This document shows, piece by piece, positions 44,301 through 60,280 of a DNA stretch of 64,000 bases (position 1 is its first letter; each line of letters begins with the position of its first letter). This DNA is from Eledone cirrhosa (lineage: Eukaryota). The stretch spans positions 82,646,001-82,710,000 of the forward strand of contig OZ024745.1 in NCBI GenBank assembly GCA_964016885.1, written 5' to 3'. The position numbers were made by a program, and so were the translations under genes. The notes beneath the pieces are model-generated. The model was given only the letters and a program-made list of their open reading frames with translations. It ran no database searches and was not told the origin of the DNA.

Positions 44301-47229
44301 AATGTAGTCTTACATAACCCCTTTACCACCATTACAGTGGAAATGTAGTCTTACATAACCCCTTTACCACCATTACAGTGGACAGTGTAGCCTTACATAA
44401 CCCCTCTACCACCATTACAGTGGGTAATGTAGTCTTACATAACCCCTTTACCACCATTACAGTGGACAATGTAGTCTTACATAACCACTTTACCACCATT
44501 ACAGTGGACAATGTAGTCTTACACGATCCCTTTACCACCATTACAGTGGACAATTTTGTCTTACATAGCCCCTTTACCACCATTACAGTGGACAGTGTAG
44601 CCTTACATAACCCCTTTACCACCATTACAGTGGACAGTGTAGCCTTACATAACCCCTTTACCACCATTACAGTGGACAATGTAGTCTTACATAACCCCTT
44701 TACCACCATTACAGTGCACACTATAGTCTTACATAACCCCTTTACCACCATTACAGTGGACAATGTAGTCTTACATAACCCCTTTACCACCATTACAGTG
44801 CACAATGTAGTCTTACATAACCCCTTTACCACCATTACAGTGGACAATGTAGTCTTACATAACCCCTTTACCACCATTACAATGGACAATGTAGTCTTAC
44901 ATAACCCCTTTACCACCATTACAGTGGACAATGTAGTCTTACATAACCCATTTACCACCATTACAGTGGACAATGTAGTCTTACATAACCCCTTTACCAC
45001 CATTACAGTGGACAATGTAGCCTTACATAACCTCCTTACCACCATTACAGTGGGTAATGTAGTCTTACATAACCCCTTTACCACCATTACAGTGGACAAT
45101 GTAGTCTTACATAACCCTTTTATCACCATTACAGTAGACAATGTAGCCTTACATAACCACTTTACCACCATTACAGTGGGTAATGTAGCCTTACATAACC
45201 TCTTTACCACCATTTCAGTGGGTAATGTAGCCTTACATAACCCCTTTACCACCATTACAGAGGACAATGTAGTCTTACATAACCCCTTTGCCACCATTAC
45301 AGTGGACAATGTAGTCTTACATAACCCCTTTACCACCATTACAGTGGACAATGTAGTCTTACATAGCCCCTTTACCACCATTACAGTGGACAATGTAGTC
45401 TTACATAACACATTTAGCACCATTACAGTGAACAATGTAGCCTTACATAACCCCTTTACCACCGTTACAGTGGACAATGTAGTCTTACATAACCCCTTTA
45501 CCTCCATTATAGTGGACAATTTTGTCTTACATAACCCCTTTACCACCATTACAGTGGACAGTGTAGCCTTACATAACCCCTTTACCACCATTACAGTGGA
45601 CAGTGTAGCCTTACATAACCCCTTTACCACCATTACAGTGGACAATGTAGTCTTACATAACCCCTTTACCACCATTACAGTGAACAATGTAGCCTTACAT
45701 AACCCCATTACCACCATTACAGTGGACAGTGTAGCCTTACATAACCCCTTTACCACCATTACAGTGGGTAATGTAGTCTTACATAACCCCTTTACCACCA
45801 TTACAGTTGACAATGTAGTCTTACATAACCCCTTTACCACTATTACAGTGGACAGTGTAGCCTTACATAACCCCTTTACCACCAATACAGTGGACAGTGT
45901 AGCCTTACATAACCCCTCTACCACCATTACAGTGGGTAATGTAGTCTTACATAACCTCTTTACCACCATTACAGTGGACAATGTAGTCTTACATAACCCC
46001 TCTACCACCATTACAGTGGACAATGTAGTCTTACATAACCCCTTTACCACCATTACAGTGGAAATGTAGTCTTACATAACCCCTTTACCACCATTACAGT
46101 GGACAATGTAGCCTTACATAACCCCTTTACAACCATTACAGTGGACAGTGTAGCCTTACATAACCCCTTTACCACCATTACAGTGGACAATGTAGTCTTA
46201 CATAACCCCTTTACCACCATTACAGTTGACAATGTAGTCTTACATAACCCCTTTACGACCATTACAGTTGACAATGTAATCTTACATAACCCCTTTACCA
46301 CCATTACAGTGGACAGTGTAGCCTTACATAACCCCTCTACCACCATTACAGTGGGTAATGTAGTCTTACATAACCCCTTTACCACCATTACAGTGGACAA
46401 TGTAGTCTTACATAACCCCTTTACCACCATTACAGTTGACAATGTAGTCTTACATAACCCCTTTACCACCATTACAGTTGACAATGTAATCTTACATAAC
46501 CCCTTTACCACCATTACAGTGGACAGTGTAGCCTTACATAATCCCTTTACCACCATTAAAGTGGACAATGTATTCTTACATAACCCCTTTACCACCATTA
46601 CAGTGGACAATGTAGCCTTACTTAAACCCTTTACCACCATTACAGTTGACAATGTAATCTTACATAACCCCTTTACCACCATTACAGTGGACAGTGTAGC
46701 CTTACATAATCCCTTTACCACCATTAAAGTGGACAATGTAGTTTTTACATAACCCCTTTACCACCATTACAGTGGACAATGTAGTCTTACATAACCCCTT
46801 TACCACCATTACAGTGCACACTATAGTCTTACATAACCCCTTTACCACCATTACAGTGGACAATGTAGTCTTACATAACCCCTTTACCACCATTACAGTG
46901 CACAATGTATTCTTACATAACCCCTTTACCACCATTACAGTGGACAATGTAGTCTTACATAACCCCTTTACCACCATTACAATGGACAATGTAGTCTTAC
47001 ATAACCCCTTTACCACCATTACAGTGAACAATGTAGCCTTACATAACCCCATTACCACCATTACAGTGGACAGTGTAGCCTTACATAACCCCTTTACCAC
47101 CATTACAGTGGACAATGTAGTCTTACATAACCCCTCTACCACCATTACAGTGGACAATGTAGTCTTACATAACCCCTTTACCACCATTACAGTGGAAATG
47201 TAGTCTTACATAACCCCTTTACCACCATT

Positions 47230-50200
47230 ACAGTGGACAATGTAGTCTTACATAACCCCTTTACCACCATTACAGTTGACAATGTAGTCTTACATAACCC
47301 CTTTACCACTATTACAGTGGACAGTGTAGCCTTACATAACCCCTTTACCACCAATACAGTGGACAGTGTAGCCTTACATAACCCCTCTACCACCATTACA
47401 GTGGGTAATGTAGTCTTACATAACCTCTTTACCACCATTACAGTGGACAATGTAGTCTTACATAACCCCTCTACCACCATTACAGTGGACAATGTAGTCT
47501 TACATAACCCCTTTACCACCATTACAGTGGAAATGTAGTCTTACATAACCCCTTTACCACCATTACAGTGGACAATGTAGCCTTACATAACCCCTTTACA
47601 ACCATTACAGTGGACAGTGTAGCCTTACATAACCCCTTTACCACCATTACAGTGGACAATGTAGTCTTACATAACCCCTTTACCACCATTACAGTTGACA
47701 ATGTAGTCTTACATAACCCCTTTACCACCATTACAGTTGACAATGTAATCTTACATAACCCCTTTACCACCATTACAGTGGACAGTGTAGCCTTACATAA
47801 CCCCTCTACCACCATTACAGTGGGTAATGTAGTCTTACATAACCCCTTTACCACCATTACAGTGGACAATGTAGTCTTACATAACCCCTTTACCACCATT
47901 ACAGTTGACAATGTAGTCTTACATAACCCCTTTACCACCATTACAGTTGACAATGTAATCTTACATAACCCCTTTACCACCATTACAGTGGACAGTGTAG
48001 CCTTACATAATCCCTTTACCACCATTAAAGTGGACAATGTATTCTTACATAACCCCTTTACCACCATTACAGTGGACAATGTAGCCTTACTTAAACCCTT
48101 TACAACCATTACAGTTGACAATGTGGTCTTACATAACCCCTTTACCACCATTACAATGGACAATGTAGTCTAACATAACCCCTTTATCACCATTACAGTG
48201 GACAATGTAGCCTTACATAACCCCTTTACCACCATTACAATGGACAATGTAGTTTTTACATAACCCCTTTACCAGCATTACAGTGGAAAATGTAATCTTA
48301 CATAACCCCTTTATCACGATTACAGTGGACAATGTAGTCTTACATAACCCATTTACCACCATTACAATGGACAATGTAGTCTTACATAACCCCTTTACCA
48401 CCATTACAGTGGACAATGTAGCCTTACATAACCTCCTTACCACCATTACAGTGGGTAATGTAGTCTTACATAACCCCTTTACCACCATTACAGTGGACAA
48501 TGTAGTCTTACATAACCCTTTTATCACCATTACAGTAGACAATGTAGCCTTACATAACCACTTTACCACCATTACAGTGGGTAATGTAGCCTTACATAAC
48601 CTCTTTACCACCATTTCAGTGGGTAATGTAGCCTTACATAACCCATTTACCACCATTACAGAGGACAATGTAGTCTTACATAACCCCTTTGCCACCATTA
48701 CAGTGGACAATGTAGTCTTACATAACCCCTTTACCACCATTACAGTGGACAATGTAGTCTTACATAGCCCCTTTACCACCATTACAGTGGACAATGTAGT
48801 CTTACATAACATATTTACCACCATTACAGTGGACAATGTAGCCTTACATAACCCCTTTACCACCGTTACAGTGGACAATGTAGTCTTACATAACCCCTTT
48901 ACCTCCATTATAGTGGACAATTTTGTCTTACATAACCCCTTTACCACCATTACAGTGGACAGTGTAGCCTTACATAACCCCTTTACCACCATTACAGTGG
49001 ACAGTGTAGCCTTACATAACCCCATTACCACCATTACAGTGGACAATGTAGTCTTACATAACCCCTTTACCACCATTACAGTGGACACTGTAGCCTTACA
49101 TAACCCCTTTACCACCATTACAGTTGACAGTGTAGCCTTACATAACCCCTTTACCACCATTACAGTGGACAATGTAGTCTTACATAACCCCTTTACCACC
49201 ATTACAGTTGACAATGTAGTCTTACATAACCCCTTTACCACCATTACAGTTGACAATGTAATCTTACATAACCCCTTTACCACTATTACAGTGGACAGCG
49301 TAGCCTTACATAACCCCTTTACCACCAATACAGTGGACAGTGTAGCCTTACATAACCCCTCTACCACCATTACAGTGGGTAATGTAGTCTTACATAACCT
49401 CTTTACCACCATTACAGTGGACAATGTAGTCTTACATAACCCCTCTACCACCATTACAGTGGACAATGTAGTCTTACATAACCCCTTTACCACCATTACA
49501 GTGGAAATGTAGTCTTACATAACCCCTTTACCACCATTACAGTGGACAATGTAGCCTTACATAACCCCTTTACAACCATTACAGTGGACAGTGTAGCCTT
49601 ACATAACCCCTTTACCACCATTACAGTGGACAATGTAGTCTTACATAACCCCTTTACCACCATTACAGTTGACAATGTAGTCTTACATAACCCCTTTACC
49701 ACCATTACAGTTGACAATGTAATCTTACATAACCCCTTTACCACCATTACAGTGGACAGTGTAGCCTTACATAACCCCTCTACCACCATTACAGTGGGTA
49801 ATGTAGTCTTACATAACCCCTTTACCACCATTACGGTGGACAATGTAGTCTTACATAACCACTTTACCACCATTACAGTGGACAATGTAGTCTTACATGA
49901 TCCCTTTACCACCATTACAGTGGACAATTTTGTCTTACATAGCCCCTTTACCACCATTACAGTGGACAGTGTAGCCTTACATAACCGCTTTACCACCATT
50001 ACAGTGGGTTATGTAGTCTTACATAACCCCTTTACCACCATTACAGTGGGCAATGTAGCCTTACATAACCCCATTGCCACCATTACAGTGGACAATGTAG
50101 TCTTACATAACCCCTTTACCTCCATTACAGTGGACAATGTAGTCTTACATACACTGTTTACCACCATTACAGTAGACAATGTAGTCTTACATAACCCCTT

Positions 50201-53200
50201 TACCACCATTACAGTGGACAATGTAGTCTTACATAACCCCTTTTACCACCACTACAGTGGACAATGTAGTCTTACATAACCCCTTTACCACCATTACAGT
50301 GGACAATGTAGCCATACATAACCCCTTTACCATCATTACAGTGGACAATGTAGTCTTACATAACCCCTTTACCACCATTACAGTGGACAATGTAGTCTTA
50401 CATAACCTCTTTACCACCATTACAGTAGACAATGTAGTCTTACATAACCCCTTTACCACCATTACAGTGGAAAATGTAGTCTTACATAACCTCTTTATCA
50501 CGATTACAGTGGACAATGTAGCCTTACATAACCCCTTTACCACCATTACAGTGGACAATGTAGTCTTACATAACCCCTTTATCACCATTACAGTGGACAA
50601 TGTAGCCTTACATAACCCCTTTAACACCAGTACAGTGGACAACGTAGTCTTACATAACCCCTTTACCATCATTACAGTGGACAATATAGTCTTACATAAC
50701 CCCTTTACCAACATTACAGTGGGTAATGTAGTCTTACATAACCCCTTTACCACCATTACAGTGGACGGTGTAGCTTACATAACCCCTTTGCCACCATTAC
50801 AGTGGACAATGTAGTCTTACATAACCCCTTTACCACCATTACAGTGGACAATGTAGTCTTACATAACCTCTTTACCACCATTACAGTAGACAATGTAGTC
50901 TTACATAACCCCTTTATCACCATTACAGTGGGTTATGTAGTCTTACATAAACCCTTTACCACCATTACAGTGGACAATGTAGCCTTACATAACCCCTTTA
51001 CCATCATTACAGTGGACAATGTAGTCTTACATAAGCCCTTTACCACCATTACAGTGGACAATGTAGCCTTACATAACCCCTTTACCACCATTACAGTGGA
51101 CAATGTAGTCTTACATAACCCCTATACCACCATTACAGTGGACAATGTAGTCTTACATAACCCCTTTACCACCATTAAAGTGGACAATGTAGTCTTACAT
51201 AACCCCTTTACCACCATTACAATGGACAATGTAGTTTTTACATAACCCCTTTACCACCATTACAGTGGACAATGTAGTCTTACATAACCCCTTTACCACC
51301 ATTACAGTGCACACTATAGTCTTACATAACCCCTTTACCACCATTACAGTGGACAATGTAGTCTTACATAACCCCTTTACCACCATTACAGTGCACAATG
51401 TATTCTTACATAACCCCTTTACCACCATTACAGTGGACAATGTAGTCTTACATAACCCCTTTACCACCATTACAATGGACAATGTAGTCTTACATAACCC
51501 CTTTACCACCATTACAGTGGACAATGTAGTCTTACATAACCCCTTTACCACCATTACAATGGACAATGTAGTTTTTACATAACCCCTTTACCAGCATTAC
51601 AGTGGAAAATGTAATCTTACATAACCCCTTTATCACGATTACAGTGGACAATGTAGTCTTACATAACCCATTTACCACCATTACAGTGGACAATGTAGTC
51701 TTACATAACCCCTTTACCACCATTACAGTGGACAATGTAGCCTTACATAACCTCCTTACCACCATTACAGTGGGTAATGTAGTCTTACATAACCCCTTTA
51801 CCACCATTACAGTGGACAATGTAGTCTTACATAACCCTTTTATCACCATTACAGTAGACAATGTAGCCTTACATAACCACTTTACCACCATTACAGTGGG
51901 TAATGTAGCCTTACATAACCTCTTTACCACCATTTCAGTGGGTAATGTAGCCTTACATAACCCCTTTACCACCATTACAGAGGACAATGTAGTCTTACAT
52001 AACCCCTTTGCCACCATTACAGTGGACAATGTAGTCTTACATAACCCCTTTACCACCATTACAGTGGACAATGTAGTCTTACATAGCCCCTTTACCACCA
52101 TTACAGTGGACAATGTAGTCTTACATAACACATTTACCACCATTACAGTGGACAATGTAGCCTTACATAACCCCTTTACCACCGTTACAGTGGACAATGT
52201 AGTCTTACATAACCCCTTTACCTCCATTATAGTGGACAATTTTGTCTTACGTAACCCCTTTACCACCATTACAGTGGACAGTGTAGCCTTACATAACCCC
52301 TTTACCACCATTACAGTGGACAGTGTAGCCTTACATAACCCCTTTACCACCATTACAGTGGACAATGTAGTCTTACATAACCCCTTTACCACCATTACAG
52401 TGAACAATGTAGCCTTACATAACCCCATTACCACCATTACAGTGGACAGTGTAGCCTTACATAACCCCTTTACCACCATTACAGTGGACAATGTAGTCTT
52501 ACATAACCCCTTTACCACCATTACAGTTGACAATGTAGTCTTACATAACCCCTTTACCACCATTACAGTTGACAATGTAATCTTACATAACCCCTTTACC
52601 ACTATTACAGTGGACAGTGTAGCCTTACATAACCCCTTTACCACCAATACAGTGGACAGTGTAGCCTTACATAACCCCTCTACCACCATTACAGTGGGTA
52701 ATGTAGTCTTACATAACCTCTTTACCACCATTACAGTGGACAATGTAGTCTTACATAACCCCTCTACCACCATTACAGTGGACAATGTAGTCTTACATAA
52801 CCCCTTTACCACCATTACAGTGGAAATGTAGTCTTACATAACCCCTTTACCACCATTACAGTGGACAATGTAGCCTTACATAACCCCTTTACAACCATTA
52901 CAGTGGACAGTGTAGCCTTACATAACCCCTTTACCACCATTACAGTGGACAATGTAGTCTTACATAACCCCTTTACCACCATTACAGTTGACAATGTAGT
53001 CTTACATAACCCCTTTACCACCATTACAGTTGACAATGTAATCTTACATAACCCCTTTACCACCATTACAGTGGACAGTGTAGCCTTACATAACCCCTCT
53101 ACCACCATTACAGTGGGTAATGTAGTCTTACATAACCCCTTTACCACCATTACAGTGGACAATGTAGTCTTACATAACCCTATTACCACCATTACAGTTG

Positions 53201-56200
53201 ACAATGTAGTCTTACATAACCCCTTTACCACCATTACAGTTGACAATGTAATCTTACATAACCCCTTTACCACCATTACAGTGGACAGTGTAGCCTTACA
53301 TAATCCCTTTACCACCATTAAAGTGGACAATGTAGTCTTACATAACCCCTTTACCACCATTACAGTGGACAATGTAGCCTTACTTAAACCCTTTACAACC
53401 ATTACAGTTGACAATGTGGTCTTACATAACCCCTTTACCACCATTACAATGGACAATGTAGTCTAACATAACCCCTTTATCACCATTACAGTGGACAATG
53501 TAGCCTTACATAACCCCTTTACCACCATTACAATGGACAATGTAGTTTTTACATAACCCCTTTACCAGCATTACAGTGGAAAATGTAATCTTACATAACC
53601 CCTTTATCACGATTACAGTGGACAACGTAGTCTTACATAACCCATTTACCACCATTACAGTGGACAATGTAGTCTTACATAACCCCTTTACCACCATTAC
53701 AGTGGACAATGTAGCCTTACATAACCTCCTTACCACCATTACAGTGGGTAATGTAGTCTTACATAACCCCTTTACCACCATTACAGTGGACAATGTAGTC
53801 TTACATAACCCTTTTATCACCATTACAGTAGACAATGTAGCCTTACATAACCACTTTACCACCATTACAGTGGGTAATGTAGCCTTACATAACCTCTTTA
53901 CCACCATTTCAGTGGGTAATGTAGCCTTACATAACCCATTTACCACCATTACAGAGGACATTGTAGTCTTACATAACCCCTTTGCCACCATTACAGTGGA
54001 CAATGTAGTCTTACATAACCCCTTTACCACCATTACAGTGGACAATGTAGTCTTACATAGCCCCTTTACCACCATTACAGTGGACAATGTAGTCTTACAT
54101 AACACATTTACCACCATTACAGTGGACAATGTAGCCTTACATAACCCCTTTACCACCGTTACAGTGGACAATGCAGTCTTACATAACCCCTTTACCTCAA
54201 TTATAGTGGACAATTTTGTCTTACATAACCCCTTTACCACCATTACAGTGGACAGTGTAGCCTTACATAACCCCTTTACCACCATTACAGTGGACAGTGT
54301 AGCCTTACATAACCCCATTACCACCATTACAGTGGACACTGTAGTCTTACATAACCCCTTTACCACCATTACAGTGGACAATGTAGCCTTACATAACCCC
54401 TTTACCACCATTACAGTGGACAGTGTAGCCTTACATAACCCCTTTACCACCATTACAGTGGACAATGTAGTCTTACATAACCCCTTTACCACCATTACAG
54501 TTGACAATGTAGTCTTACATAACCCCTTTACCACCATTACAGTTGAAAATGTAATCTTACATAACCCCTTTACCACTATTACAGTGGACAGCGTAGCCTT
54601 ACATAACCCCTTTACCACCAATACAGTGGACAGTGTAGCCTTACATAACCCCTCTACCACCATTACAGTGGGTAATGTAGTCTTACATAACCTCTTTACC
54701 ACCATTACAGTGGACAATGTAGTCTTACATAACCCCTCTACCACCATTACAGTGGAAAATGTAGTCTTACATAACCCCTTTACCACCATTACAGTGGAAA
54801 TGTAGTCTTACATAACCCCTTTACCACCATTACAGTGGACAATGTAGCCTTACATAACCCCTTTACAACCATTACAGTGGACAGTGTAGCCTTACATAAC
54901 CCCTTTACCACCATTACAGTGGACAATGTAGTCTTACATAACCCCTTTACCACCATTACAGTTGACAATGTAGTCTTACATAACCCCTTTACCACCATTA
55001 CAGTTGACAATGTAATCTTACATAACCCCTTTACCACCATTACAGTGGACAGTGTAGCCTTACATAACCCCTCTACCACCATTACAGTGGGTAATGTAGT
55101 CTTACATAACCCCTTTACCACCATTACGGTGGACAATGTAGTCTTACATAACCACTTTACCACCATTACAGTGGACAATGTAGTCTTACATGATCCCTTT
55201 ACCACCATTACAGTGGACAATTTTGTCTTACATAGCCCCTTTACCACCATTACAGTGGACAGTGTAGCCTTACATAACCGCTTTACCACCATTACAGTGG
55301 GTTATGTAGTCTTACATAACCCCTTTACCACCATTACAGTGGGCAATGTAGCCTTACATAACACCATCGCCACCATTACAGTGGACAATGTAGTCTTACA
55401 TAACCCCTTTACCTCCATTACAGTGGACAATGTAGTCTTACATACACTGTTTACCACCATTACAGTAGACAATGTAGTCTTACATAACCCCTTTACCACC
55501 ATTACAGTGGACAATGTAGTCTTACATAACCCCTTTTACCACCACTACAGTGGACAATGTAGTCTTACATAACCCCTTTACCACCATTACAGTGGACAAT
55601 GTAGCCATACATAACCCCTTTACCATCATTACAGTGGACAATGTAGTCTTACATAACCCCTTTACCACCATTACAGTGGACAATGTAGTCTTACATAACC
55701 TCTTTACCACCATTACAGTAGACAATGTAGTCTTACATAACCCCTTTACCACCATTACAGTGGAAAATGTAGTCTTACATAACCCCTTTATCACGATTAC
55801 AGTGGACAATGTAGCCTTACATAACCCCTTTACCACCATTACAGTGGACAATGTAGTCTTACGTAACCCCTTTATCACCATTACAGTGGACAATGTAGCC
55901 TTACATAACCCCTTTAACACCAGTACAGTGGACAACGTAGTCTTACATAACCCCTTTACCATCATTACAGTGGACAATATAGTCTTACATAACCCCTTTA
56001 CCAACATTACAGTGGGTAATGTAGTCTTACATAACCCCTTTACCACCATTACAGTGGACGGTGTAGCTTACATAACCCCTTTGCCACCATTACAGTGGAC
56101 AATGTAGTCTTACATAACCCCTTTACCACCATTACAGTGGACAATGTAGTCTTACATAACCTCTTTACCACCATTACAGTAGACAATGTAGTCTTACATA

Positions 56201-59200
56201 TCCCCTTTATCACCATTACAGTGGGTTATGTAGTCTTACATAAACCCTTTACCACCATTACAGTGGACAATGTAGCCTTACATAACCCCTTTACCATCAT
56301 TACAGTGGACAATGTAGTCTTACATAAGCCCTTTACCACCATTACAGTGGACAATGTAGCCTTACATAACCCCTTTACCACCATTACAGTGGACAATGTA
56401 GTCTTACATAACCCCTATACCACCATTACGGTGGACAATGTAGTCTTACATAACCCCTTTACCACCATTACAGTTGACAATGTAATCTTACATAACCCCT
56501 TTACCACTATTACAGTGGACAGTGTAGCCTTACATAACCCCTTTACCACCAATACAGTGGACAGTGTAGCCTTACATAACCCCTCTACCACCATTACAGT
56601 GGGTAATGTAGTCTTACATAACCTCTTTACCACCATTACAGTGGACAATGTAGTCTTACATAACCCCTCTACCACCATTACAGTGGACAATGTAGTCTTA
56701 CATAACCCCTTTACCACCATTACAGTGGAAATGTAGTCTTACATAACCCCTTTACCACCATTACAGTGGACAATGTAGCCTTACATAACCCCTTTACAAC
56801 CATTACAGTGGACAGTGTAGCCTTACATAACCCCTTTACCACCATTACAGTGGACAATGTAGTCTTACATAACCCCTTTACCACCATTACAGTTGACAAT
56901 GTAGTCTTACATAACCCCTTTACCACCATTACAGTTGACAATGTAATCTTACATAACCCCTTTACCACCATTACAGTGGACAGTGTAGATTTACATAACC
57001 GCTCTACCACCATTACAGTGGGTAATGTAGTCTTACATAACCCCTTTACCACCATTACAGTGGACAATGTAGTCTTACATAACCCCTTTACCACCATTAC
57101 AGTTGACAATGTAGTCTTACATAACCCCTTTACCACCATTACAGTTGACAATGTAATCTTACATAACCCCTTTACCACCATTACAGTGGACAGTGTAGCC
57201 TTACATAATCCCTTTACCACCATTAAAGTGGACAATGTAGTCTTACATAACCCCTTTACCACCATTACAGTGGACAATGTAGCCTTACTTAAACCTTTTA
57301 CAACCATTACAGTTGACAATGTGGTCTTACATAACCCCTTTACCACCATTACAATGGACAATGTAGTCTAACATAACCCCTTTATCACCATTACAGTGGA
57401 CAATGTAGCCTTACATAACCCCTTTACCACCATTACAATGGACAATGTAGTTTTTACATAACCCCTTTACCAGCATTACAGTGGAAAATGTAATCTTACA
57501 TAACCCCTTTATCACGATTACAGTGGACAATGTAGTCTTACATAACCCATTTACCACCATTACAGTGGACAATGTAGTCTTACATAACCCCTTTACCACC
57601 ATTACAGTGGACAATGTAGCCTTACATAACCTCCTTACCACCATTACAGTGGGTAATGTAGTCTTACATAACCCCTTTACCACCATTACAGTGGACAATG
57701 TAGTCTTACATAACCCTTTTATCACCATTACAGTAGACAATGTAGCCTTACATAACCACTTTACCACCATTACAGTGGGTAATGTAGCCTTACATAACCT
57801 CTTTACCACCATTTCAGTGGGTAATGTAGCCTTACATAACCCATTTACCACCATTACAGAGGACAATGTAGTCTTACATAACCCCTTTGCCACCATTACA
57901 GTGGACAATGTAGTCTTACATAACACATTTACCACCATTACAGTGGACAATGTAGCCTTACATAACCCCTTTACCACCGTTACAGTGGACAATGTAGTCT
58001 TACATAACCCCTTTACCTCCATTATAGTGGACAATTTTGTCTTACATAACCCCTTTACCACCATTACAGTGGACAGTGTAGCCTTACATAACCCCTTTAC
58101 CACCATTACAGTGGACAGTGTAGCCTTACATAACCCCATTACCACCATTACAGTGGACACTGTAGTCTTACATAACCCCTTTACCACCATTACAGTGGAC
58201 AATGTAGCCTTACATAACCCCTTTACCACCATTACAGTGGACAGTGTAGCCTTACATAACCCCTTTACCACCATTACAGTGGACAATGTAGTCTTACATA
58301 ACCCCTTTACCACCATTACAGTTGACAATGTAGTCTTACATAACCCCTTTACCACCATTACAGTTGACAATGTAATCTTACATAACCCCTTTACCACTAT
58401 TACAGTGGACAGCGTAGCCTTACATAACCCCTTTACCACCAATACAGTGGACAGTGTAGCCTTACATAACCCCTCTACCACCATTACAGTGGGTAATGTA
58501 GTCTTACATAACCTCTTTACCACCATTACAGTGGACAATGTAGTCTTACATAACCCCTCTACCACCATTACAGTGGAAAATGTAGTCTTACATAACCCCT
58601 TTACCACCATTACAGTGGAAATGTAGTCTTACATAACCCCTTTACCACCATTACAGTGGACAATGTAGCCTTACATAACCCCTTTACAACCATTACAGTG
58701 GACAGTGTAGCCTTACATAACCCCTTTACCACCATTACAGTGGACAATGTAGTCTTACATAACCCCTTTACCACCATTACAGTTGACAATGTAGTCTTAC
58801 ATAACCCCTTTACCACCATTACAGTTGACAATGTAATCTTACATAACCCCTTTACCACCATTACAGTGGACAGTGTAGCCTTACATAACCCCTCTACCAC
58901 CATTACAGTGGGTAATGTAGTCTTACATAACCCCTTTACCACCATTACGGTGGACAATGTAGTCTTACATAACCACTTTACCACCATTACAGTGGACAAT
59001 GTAGTCTTACATGATCCCTTTACCACCATTACAGTGGACAATTTTGTCTTACATAGCCCCTTTACCACCATTACAGTGGACAGTGTAGCCTTACATAACC
59101 GCTTTACCACCATTACAGTGGGTTAATTAGTCTTACATAACCCCTTTACCACCATTACAGTGGGCAATGTAGCCTTACATAACACCATTGCCACCATTAC

Positions 59201-60280
59201 AGTGGACAATGTAGTCTTACATAACCCCTTTACCTCCATTACAGTGGACAATGTAGTCTTACATACACTGTTTACCACCATTACAGTAGACAATGTAGTC
59301 TTACATAACCCCTTTACCACCATTACAGTGGACAATGTAGTCTTACATAACCCCTTTTACCACCACTACAGTGGACAATGTAGTCTTACATAACCCCTTT
59401 ACCACCATTACAGTGGACAATGTAGCCATACATAACCCCTTTACCATCATTACAGTGGACAATGTAGTCTTACATAACCCCTTTACCACCATTACAGTGG
59501 ACAATGTAGTCTTACATAACCTCTTTACCACCATTACAGTAGACAATGTAGTCTTACATAACCCCTTTACCACCATTACAGTGGAAAATGTAGTCTTACA
59601 TAACCCCTTTATCACGATTACAGTGGACAATGTAGCCTTACATAACCCCTTTACCACCATTACAGTGGACAATGTAGTCTTACGTAACCCCTTTATCACC
59701 ATTACAGTGGACAATGTAGCCTTACATAACCCCTTTAACACCAGTACAGTGGACAACGTAGTCTTACATAACCCCTTTACCATCATTACAGTGGACAATA
59801 TAGTCTTACATAACCCCTTTACCAACATTACAGTGGGTAATGTAGTCTTACATAACCCCTTTACCACCATTACAGTGGACGGTGTAGCTTACATAACCCC
59901 TTTGCCACCATTACAGTGGACAATGTAGTCTTACATAACCCCTTTACCACCATTACAGTGGACAATGTAGTCTTACATAACCTCTTTACCACCATTACAG
60001 TAGACAATGTAGTCTTACATATCCCCTTTATCACCATTACAGTGGGTTATGTAGTCTTACATAAACCCTTTACCACCATTACAGTGGACAATGTAGCCTT
60101 ACATAACCCCTTTACCATCATTACAGTGGACAATGTAGTCTTACATAAGCCCTTTACCACCATTACAGTGGACAATGTAGCCTTACATAACCCCTTTACC
60201 ACCATTACAGTGGACAATGTAGTCTTACATAACCCCTATACCACCATTACAGTGGACAATGTAGTCTTACATAACCCCTT
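47230..60280. repeat. Three-copy higher-order repeat (modules E-A-D-C), offsets 5,293 then 3,905/3,821 bp
   Basis: ORF triplets 47522/52815/56720, 48213/53506/57411, 49496/54789/58610, 50229/55522/59343. TTACGGTGG at ~49831, ~55124 and ~58945. Confidence 0.9.
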
